From: Nemertoderma westbladi
Taxonomy: Eukaryota > Animalia > Xenacoelomorpha
DNA length: 61,360 nucleotides
Direction of reading: 5' to 3'
Assembly: GCA_032718475.1 (NCBI GenBank)
Contig: JAUCBJ010008495.1
Coordinates: 1-61,360 of the forward strand
Shown: in pieces, positions 36,201-48,502 of the stretch
Numbering within the stretch: position 1 is the stretch's first letter
Layout of the letters: each line of letters starts with the position of its first letter
Translations under genes and position numbers: made by a program
Notes under the pieces: model-generated
The model's database searches: none
What the model was told of the DNA's origin: nothing
Seen by the model: only the letters and a program-made list of their open reading frames with translations

Positions 36201-38293
36201 ATAGAGAAGTGAAATTACAGCTCCTAAGGCAGTCCAGAGAGAAGACATTGGAAAACAAGGTAAGTGAGAAACCCGTTTCTAGGAGAAGGGTAACACCAGT
36301 ATGTTATACCGACGACGGTGAAAGCCAAACTTCTCAAGGAGAGGACAGCGGGAAAGACACTGACAGATCTTATTATGTCAATAAAATGCCTAAAGATCAG
36401 GTAAGTAAATCCGAGTCTCGACCCAATGACAGAAGGGAACCGGTACAAAAAACCCTTCCTACGTCTCCTAAAAGAATTCAGGTGAGAAAGCCCGAGGAAA
36501 GAACAAGTGTGCACCACATAGCACAGGTTAAAGTAAGTAACATCAAGCCGAAATGTGTGCTGTGCGACGGGCCCCACCGTTTAAATGCGTGTGATAAATT
36601 CCTGAGGAAATCACTAAAGGATAGACGTGAAGTCATGTGGGATAAGCGGTTGTGTTATAATTGCCTCAGACGAGGACACCAACGGCGAACCTGTTACTCC
36701 GACGCAAGGTGTGCAAAGTGCGGCGCAAAACATCATATCTTGTTGCACACGGAATTCGAACGAAACAGCCCGAGTCAGGTAAGTGAGTCCGAACTACATG
36801 TCCAATTCAGTGATGTGAACGACACTGATCAATCTGAGATGGAAGGATTCTATACGGACGAGTTCTCCGACCAAAACGAATCCTGTTACCTAATAAACAC
36901 CACCGCAGTGTATCGAGCACTCGTACATGAGAAAGACACAGACAGCGACCTTACCTTAACTACTTCCGATCAACAACCATCTTGGAAAGCGCCAACTTCC
37001 AATATAGGAATCCGAGAGTTTCCTGTGGTCCAGTTACGGGTCCACGGACCTCAGAAGAGCTATATAGTGAACGCCCTCCTGGACTCCGGCAGCACAGGAA
37101 CATTCATCGATAAAGAACTAGCCGAAGTCATCTTTGCTGGACAACCCAAGTTCCGAACCAAGCTAAACATGTCAGGGATCATGCAGGTTTGGAATTCTGC
37201 TGTGGCTGCCGACTATTATATAGGTGAGTTGTCCACTCCACAGGATAAACTAGGAGAATACAGTATAAGGTCAGTAAAAATGGTGGCAATAAAGAACTTC
37301 GCTACCACCCAAGTGGAACCTTATAATTGGGACGAAGATGATCATGCCCAACAACTTAACATCCCTAGATTCGACACCGATTATCCTGGAGTACAAATAT
37401 TAATCGGTCAAAACGCGCATGAGGCGCTGGAGACATTAGAGAAACGACCTACTCAACCGCAACCACTTCAGACCTATGCGGTAAGAACTAGAGTAGGTTG
37501 GTACCTTACTGGACCTTCCCGTAGAACGCTCGGAGAAAGACTGCTTCAAGATCGCGTCTGCCAGGTGAGTGAATGGGAAGATGATACTAGTGAGGGAGAC
37601 GACCCAACTGAGGGAACACCATACTCCTCAGATAATGACGATATTAGCTCCAATGTAGATCAATGGAGATATTGCCCCAAGAAGTTTAATCCAACTGACA
37701 TCGCTTCCAGAGGAGCAACTCCTCAAGAACTGACAGATACTACAGACCGGTTAGGTGAACCCGACTTCCTGAGTAAGGAGGATGAATGGCCTCCCCATCT
37801 TACTCCGACTGAGATTAGACCAGCCAAGGGAGCGGAGAAAGTTAAACCTAAAACCCGGACGGGTGGAGCGGAGTTATTTGAACCCGGGATAGATCTGTCG
37901 GTATTACATATTGCCAGGGACGACGCCGTGGATCTGGACCTCCCCACCGCGAGTGGATCCTTCATGAAGATCAGAGAGAGCGATTGGAGCTCTGGAACAT
38001 CAGACGTCTCGCAGGGACTCTCACCTCTCCTGCAGGGAGCGACGGACCACTATAGCTCCTGGAATCGGCTTTGTAAGGCCGTCGTGTACTTAGAGCGATG
38101 TTTCTATCGTCACTATTCCAGGACGAAGAGGAAACCTGGAATTGTATTCGGGATGCAGCGACTCAATCACCCAGTCGGTCGTTTGTGTTTACCGGAAGGG
38201 AATGGAGGACTCTCCGGAAACTGTGGAAGGCAAGATTCTCTTCCCACGACCACCTCCCTAATCCTTCAAACATCTAGGGACTCCATAACGTAA
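33299..38293 (+). CDS. BEL/Pao Gag-aspartic protease polyprotein with RT and integrase core missing
   Basis: 1664 aa. Capsid-like DUF1759 region (KFNGDEMKW..F, LSNGEKLRFFIECLEG), three BEL knuckles (CVLCDGPHRLNAC, CYNCLRRGHQRRTC, CAKCGAKHHILLH), protease ALLDSGS...ILIGQ, RNase H tail WRYCP..FNPTDIASRG and YSSWNRL. No YxDD or DDE motif. Confidence 0.9.
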   Translation: MSDTKQNLSDSLLDVTICDSDRGVEPSSRKFSSPPTVRKVIPPVVIKEPRLVQHRRSIIGTRAQVKRDQEAAEQQQPASQELTSQRPNSSSSEDTVELTPERGARMTDEVYSDPLLILPAAVLTRLLIAVEEHQIDWARSQRSTRDSYAGYTREELKSMVESQWNFPGPGLPFDLSEAAWEDIHRMGVAKETIDPAVWKRSAAGYAQGFFSSIERLKEQLFHQPQGPQEQGLLLYQVRERILRIRLILSAFEEASKRRQDTSLQVAVKTWFQRVNLQVQGTAQWKAQLEERSTHGESTDATFSQVESEATAEKPHKRDAIDIYLSDYQRFLGDDELRRRLEGLSPNSEGTKLVLDAIDVEMRAANQAEFDEQLRITRAQEEQVKKKRIEDRKKAAVVAAEAERKAAAAEAAAEAKAAAAAAEAKVAAAAAVAEAKAAAAAAAAAAEAKAAEAERKAAEAVAEAERRATEETTQLELENIQENQDCINKQLTASNMQMMNRSTPKRQGYTSSEEGDTTDTEGKGNRSRLSRRKRTFHSQKLPDLPPAVRRQLNNTNLGSTEPTDQIIKIERLPTIVDEPEIIRPVLEITPSVIDTPVLPETTSKFPLHSTKLPVPRRTAQETVQVLDPERNIHNLSPVVPRPPATTLATPASAVEWVDERRRGMDILLGQMQETVQQFKGTVRESRLELQEVQQSIALERDKLVNTQRGIPPPSVTMCQPVRSEVSHAQGVEPTRIYTASEVETPIVNPIKGNYRPVDNDIPYRTDHNPRNLYTDNSILNNTMAQESFTRQMARTEARQAVKVGEIVKFNGDEMKWLPFNEYYKDNIQNSVLSNGEKLRFFIECLEGSPKSMALKFIGHPDGLRQVWDTLNIRYGNRTNIARYLYAKLMAPRKFLSSGIIEFSDEIQEICRQLDWLGKSHEYQNSMVVGALASTLPKGGVGTRWDKKVLYMMEQQRRDPTMTDLMSFLDREVKLQLLRQSREKTLENKVSEKPVSRRRVTPVCYTDDGESQTSQGEDSGKDTDRSYYVNKMPKDQVSKSESRPNDRREPVQKTLPTSPKRIQVRKPEERTSVHHIAQVKVSNIKPKCVLCDGPHRLNACDKFLRKSLKDRREVMWDKRLCYNCLRRGHQRRTCYSDARCAKCGAKHHILLHTEFERNSPSQVSESELHVQFSDVNDTDQSEMEGFYTDEFSDQNESCYLINTTAVYRALVHEKDTDSDLTLTTSDQQPSWKAPTSNIGIREFPVVQLRVHGPQKSYIVNALLDSGSTGTFIDKELAEVIFAGQPKFRTKLNMSGIMQVWNSAVAADYYIGELSTPQDKLGEYSIRSVKMVAIKNFATTQVEPYNWDEDDHAQQLNIPRFDTDYPGVQILIGQNAHEALETLEKRPTQPQPLQTYAVRTRVGWYLTGPSRRTLGERLLQDRVCQVSEWEDDTSEGDDPTEGTPYSSDNDDISSNVDQWRYCPKKFNPTDIASRGATPQELTDTTDRLGEPDFLSKEDEWPPHLTPTEIRPAKGAEKVKPKTRTGGAELFEPGIDLSVLHIARDDAVDLDLPTASGSFMKIRESDWSSGTSDVSQGLSPLLQGATDHYSSWNRLCKAVVYLERCFYRHYSRTKRKPGIVFGMQRLNHPVGRLCLPEGNGGLSGNCGRQDSLPTTTSLILQTSRDSIT

Positions 38294-41200
38294 CAACATA
38301 TGGAGTGGGTGTGTGACTCTATTATTTTATATTATTTTATTATTTTTATATTTCTGTATGTATTACTATGTAATTTTATTATAATCGTTTTCTTTAATTT
38401 TATTCAGTAGAATGTTATTTTAGCGATTATTTAGTAGATTAGTGCAATATATATTCGCGTTTATTACTTAATTACGTATATATTATATTTAATGCGACGG
38501 CAAGAAATAATTCTTTTCCTCTTTCCTTACTGTCCGTATCATATTATAAATACGTGACTACAGTAAGATGAAATGTCCGTACTTATTAAAGTACAATAAA
38601 GCCACTACTATATTTAAGTATTATTGGTAGGCAGAGTATTAGGAATGCAAAGTTCAGATCCTCGTGTCTCGGCTAAACCAAGCTCTGGGTAGACCTTGGA
38701 AACGACTTGCCTCTTCACACTGACATTGCTTCGTGCGATATTGCTCTCATACCGTATATTAAATAATACATATAGTAGCGTGATGTCCCTTTAACAGTAG
38801 CGTATAACGCAAAATAAATCTGTTAAACCCTTTGACCATCTGTAATTCTAGTCGATTAAGATATCGCGGCACCCACCGATATACTTGAAAGACAAATTTT
38901 AGAATCAGTGGTTAACGTCCCCAGACAAGTTCTGGAATAAATTGGTGCCCATCTCAAATATTAATTATTTAATATTTGCAAATCTAATAAATCAAAATCT
39001 GTAAAATTCAGATCCTTCAACAATTCTAGTCAATTAAGATATCGTAGCATTTACCGATATTCTTAAAAGGACAATTTTCATAGAATTAAGGATCTTGTGT
39101 CCCCAGACATGTTCTAGAATCAAAATATGTCAATTTAATTATCAAATAATAAAATTTCAGGGAATAAATTTAAATTCATGCCTTTTAATGAATTTAATAA
39201 ATTGCCATTTTTACGCAATTTATAACATTCCCAAAATTCCATTAATTAATAGATCAAGGGAGCGGAGATTTATCTTATTATGCGTATGAGTGTGCGAAAG
39301 TCTCCCAAACATAGTCAATAGCCGATAAAATTCATAAAGCCATGTATAAAACAGGACATTGACCATTAAAGAATTACTATTAAATAACATCCCAGATCTG
39401 TATGCATTGGAATTACCCTAATTCTACTGCTAGCTTTACATAATGTCACCATAGCAACAACCACGCTAGAATTAGAATTGAGTTAAAAGAACAATAGAAA
39501 GCTTGTCCCATTGAATAGCATAGGGAATAAACAGTGCACTGCTAGTATCCAAGGATACATAATAATACAGTGACATTCTGGAAGGCATTGACTAACGGAC
39601 AAATGGCCCGAGTGTGTGTAATTTGTGACAAGTTGTGTGTGTGGTATTTGTGAGTTTATAGGCGAATGTTACTACTAAGGTGTGTTTACAGTCGCAATTG
39701 TGAAAGTAACCCTAACTCTCCAGTAAGAACCTGAGGTGTATCTAAGCCTTTGGGACGGACAGTCGAGTGACTTGTGCCAGTTGTCGTTGTCGTTGTGCGG
39801 CTACGTCGTTGGCGAAAGTACAGCGGCGACGACACATCGGCGCTGAGGATCTCGCACTGTCCGGGGGCTAATTGGGGTAGGCAGCGACGCTCGCTAGCCT
39901 AAATATAAACTCCTTATAATATGGATAAACTCATATATAGCAGATATGACGGGGTTGATAGAAGATGGTCTTGGTATCGGGGAGCGATATACTCTACTTT
40001 TACAAGCGTTTGTTGATAGCTTAATACGCGGCGACGTTAGTCCAACTGCTGCGGAGGACGATGGTCGTTATATCGAACCGACAATGTCCCAAGTGCAGCT
40101 CTCGCGAGAGTTGGACTATAGAAAATTCGCTGCTCGATATACGCAGCGTAATGGTACGTATATGGGCTTCTTAACTACTGGTCATTCTATCGATTTACAC
40201 GATACGGACTATGTCGAACATATCCTACCCAAAGGAGTCTAAACGATAAACCAAAATTCTAATGCGAAAATCCTATTCGAAATCGACTCGAAAGAAAAGA
40301 CATTAAAGAAACAAATAAACGCGGTAACTCCAACATATATTTGGAATTCTTGATAGAAGCATTGTAACAACAAATAAATATCACCCGCGTTTCTCCTTCA
40401 AGACTTGCGTCTTTGGTATTATTACGATAAATGCCCTAGACCCAGCCAAAAAACGGAAAGACATAAACATTCATGGAAACGTTGTGTTAAACACAGTTGT
40501 GCTCGTTATATTTACTGGAGTTTCGAGCGAAACTTGTTTGACGTATCACCTATGCTCACTCGGCTCGAACGATCCTGGAGTAAACCTACGATCAGAGTCC
40601 CGGAATACTCGGTCAAACCTCCTCATTCCTTAGTTGGACCTCAGACCTGCGATCCTGGTGGTGTCGCGGATCCTCGCGGACTGTATTCACTGTTCAAAGA
40701 TCTAGTGCTACCCTAACAATTAATCGGTAACACTCCGACAGTGATTTCTAGCTAGCCGCCCATCTTACCTAGCCGGATTGTGACGCGGACACCTAATATC
40801 ACTATCCAACCGTATGGTCGTCCCCGTTTAACGCGATACAACCCCTCATCAAGGTGACGGAGAGCGTTGTACGAAACGAGTTAAACGCTATTCTATAAAG
40901 ATCAAAAAAGAAACCTGCGTTTGTTCAGATAAACGTAAGTTATAACAGTAAGTCCAATCGATAAACGAATTGGCCTTATCTCAATTCGATTGGGAAATCC
41001 AGAATCTCTAAGAAGTTATCGAACTTGGACGATCCTATTCTCTGCGAGAGTTTTTGGATGAACGTATCCAGCTACGAGCGGAGGAAAATCAGCTCGAGGA
41101 GAAGCATATCGAAACGGCGGATACCCCGACCATAATCCTACACCTTCTGATGCAATCATATTGCACCCTTCACCCAGGATTTATAGCCCTCCTAGTAAAG

Positions 41201-41355
41201 TGGCTCGCCCCAAAGAGAAAAGGACTCTTGCTAGCCTCAAAAAACTGCGTAAACGCCGTCTGCGTAAGAAAGACTAACTGTTTAGAGTATCTTTATATTT
41301 TAGAAACTGTGATTTGTTATATTTTATAGACTTAAATCCCATTTTCTGGGAGCGG

Positions 41356-42588
41356 TGTAAAAGCTTTTGCGTAATTAGCCGGTTATTATCCCCGTAAAGT
41401 ACTCTGTGGTTGGTTTACCAGGCATAAAAAGGCCGTGTCCTTGCTGTACTGGTGTTTTGGAGGACATAAAAGCCATTTCTTCTGTATTTGTACTTTAGAG
41501 GACATAATCTGTAATTTCGTGACGTAAAAGGCTCGATACTCTTGAAAACAGTGTCGCTACCATGACGACGGCTAACGGCTGATATTGCCACGTTGCAACT
41601 TTCTGTATCTGCCAATAGAATTTGAGTTAGCTTTGATTTTGACCTATCACAGAGCTACTGAACTGAATTTTCCTATCTCACTGCTCTTTCTCTGTGTTGA
41701 ACGGGAGCTTCGTGGAATAAGGGTAGCTGGTATTCTTATAGTTATTCTTATCAGTGTTGTTGGTGATTCTAAGCCAGGAAGAACGGCTTTAGAGTATTTT
41801 GTGCTTTTATGCTTTAGCCTTACACTAGTAGGCTTAATTATAAGGACATATATCCGTTATCTGCATACTGCAGTACTGCATACACTGCATACTGTGTAAC
41901 ACTGTGCATACTTTATATTGTTATACTGCTATTTACTGTCAGTTCTTCATAATATGGTTGATGAATTATTATATTTGGAATAACGACAAATAACCCCGAA
42001 AACCCAATATTCTTGATATACCGAAGGTAAGAGAGAAAGGTTACAGATAAATGATTGCGACCTATGTTGAGTGGTTTGAAGTGAATCTAATGTTATTTGA
42101 TAGACCCTACATGAGTCAGTCCGTGTTCCTTTTATATGTGACTAAAATCAGTGAAGATCGGCAGATCAGTGTGCAGTATTGTGCAGCATTGTGTATGAGT
42201 GAGACTGATAACGAAGCATTTCCTAAAGAATGCGCCATATATGTGAATTGTAACTAAGCCATATCGTTGTGAGTAGTTTAAGTCATAACTCTGTTTATAT
42301 AGATAGAGCGCCACGTCCTAAAGGAACTGTTAATATTCCCTGAAGGTGAATAATATTGTCAGAGATTATATAATACTGTCAGTCGAATAATACATTAGGC
42401 TTACATAGCAATAAGATTAAGCTGTCGAAATCAATCTCCCGGGTATATCCAACGGGTGAATGATCGCGCACAGATTGGTTTCAACTAGTGTAGTGAATCA
42501 AATACTTGTTAGAGGCTAAAGCGATTTATTATCTAGAAGACATCCTAATTTGGCGGGTTAAACTGCCAAAGGTCTGAAAGCGCGAACA
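41356..42588 (+). repeat. 3' LTR
   Basis: Copy of 29819-31051 at offset 11537, followed by the TSD TAAAG. Confidence 0.97.
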
Positions 42589-43917
42589 TAAAGTAACGAT
42601 TGATAGGCCTGAATATATTCTATAAATGTATCAAATATAAACTTTTACCCATATATTCCTTACTTTTATGTTATTCGTTATTTTGTCCAAGGTGTAACCA
42701 AAAACACTGATGGGGGGGGGGGGGGGGGGTATGTAAAAAGGTCGGTAAAATTAAAAGTACGGTTATCGGTGAACGTGTGAAAAACGAAACACCGGAGTCA
42801 ACACGAAGGATCTTCTCTGTTGGCAGTTACCTATAAAGAACTAGGGGGCCACACCAACTCCCCACCAACCACACCAACTCAACTCCATACTGTAGCTATC
42901 CAACCCACTCTTTACTGCCCCAGGATTCCAATAGATGCACCGCTGGCCTGGATTTGCGTAAACCCAAATATCTAAAGTGTCTTGCTGTAGACCTACACAC
43001 TGTACAGCCTTTAGTTTAGTCAGATTTAATCTGCGCGCCAAACACTATTGCGAAGCAGTTCAAGTGCTACTGTATATCCATTTGGTCACTGCGACATCTG
43101 GGTGGGGGTTTGGACTGGGTGTGAGCCGTTGCAATTTTATTAACTGTCCCAAGCTAAGTACCCTCATGGATACTGCCCAGAGGACGACTGGTGACTCTCA
43201 TGGTCAGGGGGGGGGGGGGGGGGTGGAAAAAATCGCCTTTATTGAGGACGGTAATACTTTAATGGCCACTCATGGAACACGAAATAACCTTGATGTTGAT
43301 GTTGATAAATGTTACTGCAAACTACATTATAATAGGCGATATTATTTATATATTGACTTTCACTTTGCACACAGTTTCTTACAGTAGTATGTGTGTAGGG
43401 CCTACTGAGTTTCTTGTAAAATAAGATTCTTAACATAATTATAATTACAATAGTCACACAATAAGATCAGATAAAAAAGTTAAACAAAAAATTTTAAATT
43501 ATTGCTACATTGATCTAAAATGGAAATGGTTTATGATAATTATAAATAGATGAATGAATGAAGATGTGTTTTGCTGTTTCAGTTTTTTTCCCTATCCAAT
43601 ATATTTCAATTTTAAAGAGTTTATGTTGAATTAAACATTCCAATTTCAACAAAACAGTGAAGTGGAAGATAGAAAATGATTGAATTGATATCAAAACAGA
43701 AAGAATAATGATAGGCTGATAGCTGGATAGGCTTACCGCAGTACAGGTATTACAGTCAGACTCAGATTGTAGTCTAGTTCTGTAGTTCTGTAGTTATACA
43801 CTGTATAGGCCTACTGTTTGCAGGTTTGGGTGGGTATCTTTCATATCAGCATACAGGCATAATATGCCTACCTGTTATTAATCAACTGATAGCTGGATAG
43901 AGTGAGATAATGTCTTA

Positions 43918-44874
43918 ATGTGTACCGGTCTGCCGGTAATGTCTTCATATGATTACGATCCTCTGCCATGTTCGAACAATGTTAATTTAAAATTCTGTCT
44001 TCCGCGGAATCTTTCCAAAACTTCTAATTTGTACAAATATCCCGTCAAAATGAATTACCAAACCGATATCAATTCAACGATTGAGGTGGGGAATGAAGGG
44101 CTTGCATTTGCGCATCTTAATCCCCACGATGGTTTAGATAATCCGGCATCCCAGAATTGGCATTTCCCTCGCTCATCGCTTTCGGATGACGGTGCCAGCA
44201 GTAGCTGTGTCGATACGGATAGCAATCCGGCCTCTAGGAAAAGCTCAATGCGGTCGACCCCTCCATCTACCCCAACTTCGGGTAGTAAATCGGTGCGCTT
44301 TGCCGACACGTTGGGGATGGATCTCGAGTTGGTTCGACAGTACCTGGAGGATTCTGGGAGTCGCGACCATTCCTCCGAGGATTTAACCCTGATTGGTAAT
44401 GGAGATGAAGCCGTTAGTGAGGAAATACGATCCAAGTTTATCCATCCATGCTTCACCCAGCCTTGCAGGCAATCGAACTTTATTACGAGACTCAATCAAG
44501 ACCAGATTTGCCTTGAAACCTCTGTAATATCCAGTATGTCGATACTTGGCACCGTAAGAGTGAGAAACCTATCCTTCGATAAAGTCGTCAAGTTGAGGTA
44601 TACCGCAGATAATTGGAAAACACATAAAGATGCGGAAGCTACATATATCAAGGGATCCTGCGACCAATTTACGGATCGGTTCTCCTTTTGTATTCATTTA
44701 CCAAGTCACCTTGTTGTTGGTACTTCTATTGAAGCTGCACTGTGCTACATAGCTGGCGGTACTCAAGTGTTTTGGGACAACAATCAAGGTCATAATTATC
44801 TCTTCAGGGTGTTCTCTAAGGTAGAGGGAGATGATGGATTCACTCAGGATTACTTTTCTTCACAATACATATGA
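43918..44874 (+). CDS. PPP1R3: Protein phosphatase 1 glycogen-targeting regulatory subunit (PPP1R3 family)
   Basis: RVxF motif KSVRFADTLGMDL and a CBM21 domain (ICLE, GTVRVRNLSFDKVVKLRYT..NW, DRFSF, FWDNNQGHNY). The start codon could be a later Met. Confidence 0.92.
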   Translation: MCTGLPVMSSYDYDPLPCSNNVNLKFCLPRNLSKTSNLYKYPVKMNYQTDINSTIEVGNEGLAFAHLNPHDGLDNPASQNWHFPRSSLSDDGASSSCVDTDSNPASRKSSMRSTPPSTPTSGSKSVRFADTLGMDLELVRQYLEDSGSRDHSSEDLTLIGNGDEAVSEEIRSKFIHPCFTQPCRQSNFITRLNQDQICLETSVISSMSILGTVRVRNLSFDKVVKLRYTADNWKTHKDAEATYIKGSCDQFTDRFSFCIHLPSHLVVGTSIEAALCYIAGGTQVFWDNNQGHNYLFRVFSKVEGDDGFTQDYFSSQYI

Positions 44875-45468
44875 ATGTGATCTCATTTAGGTGATGTTTG
44901 TGCTATTAGTGAGTAGGTTGCTTACTGAAAACATGAAGTAGTGTAAGTTATACAAATAGCTGCCTATAATTGCTTGATAGAGTGTGCCCGTGTTTATAAG
45001 TAATTACAGAATTACATAAGTAAATAGATATTTTAGACGGAATTGCTAATAATATTGTATTTATTTAAAGAGTTTTACTGTACTGCTGTAGGCCTAGTTA
45101 TTGACTAGAGTTCTAACGTAATTTTTACTCTAGTTGATTAGTAACGTTAGTATTCTATGGGCATAAGGGGGGGGGGGGGGGGGGGTTTGATTATGGCCAA
45201 TGTCTACAAATTATCTTTTATTTGATACAAATGGCCTAATAATACAGTAATAGTTTTAAATTGATGTAAAACTGCTAAATTTAACATAAACCTAATTATC
45301 AATAACGATAACGAATTTATGTAATCATGAAATACTTAAAGTCATCAAGTACGGTATTGTAAATGATGTTGAATAGTTATGTAAGAGGATTTCGTGACAA
45401 TCTTACTTAAACTCAATAGTAACAGACTTATTTGATGAACTTATTGTTAGGTATTTTTATGAACGAAT

Positions 45469-45659
45469 CCCATATACCTAACGACGCGGTATACAGTCCT
45501 CCCATATACCTAACGACGCGGTATACAGTCCTCCCATATACCTAACGACGCGGTATACAGTCCTCCCATATACCTAACGACGCGGTATACAGTCCTCCCA
45601 TATACCTAACGACGCGGTATACAGTCCTCCCATATACCTAACGACGCGGTATACAGTCC
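45469..45659. repeat. 32-bp minisatellite, ~6 identical copies
   Basis: cccatatacctaacgacgcggtatacagtcct repeats without variation. Confidence 0.95.
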
Positions 45660-48145
45660 ATTGTAAATATATATTTTTTTAATTACGACGGAATCACAAT
45701 TTATCTATATCGGAAAATCGACGCAAATAACAGCGGATTCTCTCAAAAATTAAATAATCTATTCTATTGACTTTTGTTTATTGTTTTGGTTTGAATAATG
45801 TTCATTGTATCCTGCTCCTTTCTATTAATTGATTTTAAACATTGTCACGTATCGAGATGAGATCTGCGTCAATTGGGTCTGCGTATCTTATATTTTAATT
45901 TTTCAAAATTTAATTGTAGAATTATTTATTATGTAATGACAATGTTATGTATTTATAATATTATATTATATGTTACGTTAGAACTCTGGTAGGTTAGAGT
46001 ATAATATAATCTATAAACCGTTACGTATTATGTACATTTTACAGTTACTGGTACTTACTGCCCCTGTCCCGTAATAATAAAGGATACCGGTACCTTAATG
46101 ACAAGTTCGTCAGGTTCTTGGTACATCATGTGAAGATTACCGTACATAGTGAATATTTTTTTCTAGAACCGGAATTTCTATGACCGAACCGGAATTGTTA
46201 CAATAATTGGAGTTTATCATTATAATATATCTACAGTTACAACAGTTAAGGGAAGCTGTATGTATTATATGTGCCGGTACCAGTCCGGAATATAAACTTC
46301 CAACCAAGAGGTCGTCAGTTTGGTGCGATCTGTAGGAGCTGTGCTCAACAACAAATTACAATAAATTAAGTAGGTCCTATTATAGGGAGTCTTATTCTTA
46401 ATAATTCAAATTATTTCTGGGCAATGGTGGGTATCATTTGTCTTTATTTATATTTTGTAATATAATGTATCTATCACATAAAACACAATGAACCATCTAC
46501 ACCCACGCATGATAGGTGGCTGGTTCATTTGTTTTTTATTTATTATATCACCAATTCAGGTTCTATGTACTGCATTTTGTTATATTTATATTTACATATT
46601 GTTTTAGGCTATTTATTTATGCATAGACACCATCACTTGTATTTATGTCTGACTACATATTATTTATGTAAGGCATGTTGAACGGCACCAGTATACTGAG
46701 TCCTTAAAAGTATTTAGCAAGTAAATATTGTGAATATTTCAATCAGTGTTGCATTCTTTCTTGCAACTTTGGGACGTATTTGGTGGCATTTAGTATTTAA
46801 ATTATTTATACATTATTGTTTATATTATTCATTTATTTGTCCAGATATTATTTTGGAAGCCATGTATATATTGGCGGGGATAAACAAATTAAATTAAAGC
46901 ATCAAAAGTTGTCAACCTATTAAGAATACCAAGGAATTGCTTAAACCCGGCATTTAAACCATTTATTGCATGGGAAATAAGGTATAACTTTATTTTATCT
47001 GTGATGCAGTTACCGAGTGATGTTCCTGAGCACATATTACTAAAACCGGTCGTTATCTACATTTAATTCTCATGCAGCATGCGTTATCCCGGGTGTAAGT
47101 AAACGCCACGCCCCACAGTCGACAATCATCAATATCATGCTAAATAAAGTCAATCATAAATTGAGGGAAAGGAATAGGTTACAGTGGCATGCTATTCTAA
47201 CCAAATAATGAAAGAGTTAAGCTCGAGAGCACAGTTACAGTTTCTTGTCGGCTGTGATTATCGGTTGTCCGCTTGTAATTTACACCGAAATATCACCTAA
47301 TTTTATTTTGCACTCGACTTGTATTTCTGTTGCTTAATAATGCGATTATACCCAAACAGTTTGGGCGCAGTGATGGTATTAATTGCTGGAATAACTTTTG
47401 CGAGTAAACATTTTAATTTTTGTAAATAAGTTTTACAGGTATTTAATTTATTTATCCCCGAAATTGCCAGGTTAGAGGTCACACATGTTTGGCAATAAAT
47501 GTTTTATTTTAGGTGCAACCCAGTTCAAATCTTAATAATATCGCAATGTCATTGAATTGGATCAACTTAAATTTAATACAATTTTAGCATATCATATAAT
47601 ATTTAAATTGAGGGAGTTTTAATGTTGCTTATTAAGACGAACCAAAACAATAAACGGGAGCCATAGCACAGGTTATAGTTTCATAATCAGCTACGCAATA
47701 ACTTAATTGAGATGTAATTATTACTCAGGCGACGTTTTCTTTTGGGCGAAGGTTGCTGCGTACCGTAAACATTATCTGAAATTGTAGGCGGTGTAATATT
47801 ATTTATTATATATCCTACATGCGGATGAATTGTACCTAATATCGATTAACTATATTACGGTACGGCTGTGAGATTCTACCAATAGCATTTATTGTAATAA
47901 TTAATTGTTGACTAACTTATTTCAGATTGTCTGAATGAACGGAAGCTAATTTCCGGTAAATGTTATCTCATACATGTAATAATTGTTATTGTATTGATGT
48001 TTTGGGTAAATGAGAGGTTTAATATTATTAACCTTTGACCTTCATGATGGAAGTATGGCGTTTTAACTATTCCGTTAGCGGTTAAGATAAAAGGCCAAGT
48101 ACAGTAGGGTTGGCCACAGCAAGATTTAATGTCTACCTTTTATTT

Positions 48146-48215
48146 GAGCCTCTAGCGGAATGGTTAGAGCGCCAGACTTCAATCTTGGAGATCACTAGTT
48201 CGATCCCACCTGGAC
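48146..48215 (+). mobile_element. tRNA-derived SINE head / tRNA pseudogene
   Basis: TAGCGGAATGGttagagc (A box) and AGTTCGATCC (B box). The acceptor and T stems do not pair properly. Confidence 0.5.
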
Positions 48216-48502
48216 GTCATTGTCGAATTTGCTAAGCTGTGTCGAACGAAAATTATAATTTCTCATATTGTGTTTTATGGTACTGTACTTTTGTGCTTTT
48301 ACGTAAAACAGTAATAAAAATATCTTAAAGATTACCATTTACTAAAGATACGGTGCATACTGCGCAAGATACTCTTCTTGCTTTAACCTATAGTAATATA
48401 ATATTTAAATAATAATAATTATAGTCTAGATCTAGATAGAACCCATTACTCGAATGTTTTTCATCGACTGTTCAAGTCTGCTCGCCTGCTTGCCGCTCGG
48501 AT

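Larger units (their letters stand above)
29819..42588 (+). mobile_element. BEL/Pao LTR retrotransposon, non-autonomous (Gag-PR only), very recent insertion
   Basis: 1233-bp LTRs TG...CA at 29819-31051 and 41356-42588, 5-bp TSD TAAAG (29814-29818 and 42589-42593), purine tract gggagcgg before the 3' LTR, and BEL-type Gag zinc knuckles. Confidence 0.95.

Noticed and set aside
45469-45659. 32-bp repeat as a CRISPR
   Set aside because: No spacers; it is a plain minisatellite.
48146-48215. Selenocysteine or opal-suppressor tRNA (cttcaa loop)
   Set aside because: No long variable arm or paired acceptor stem; better explained as a SINE head.
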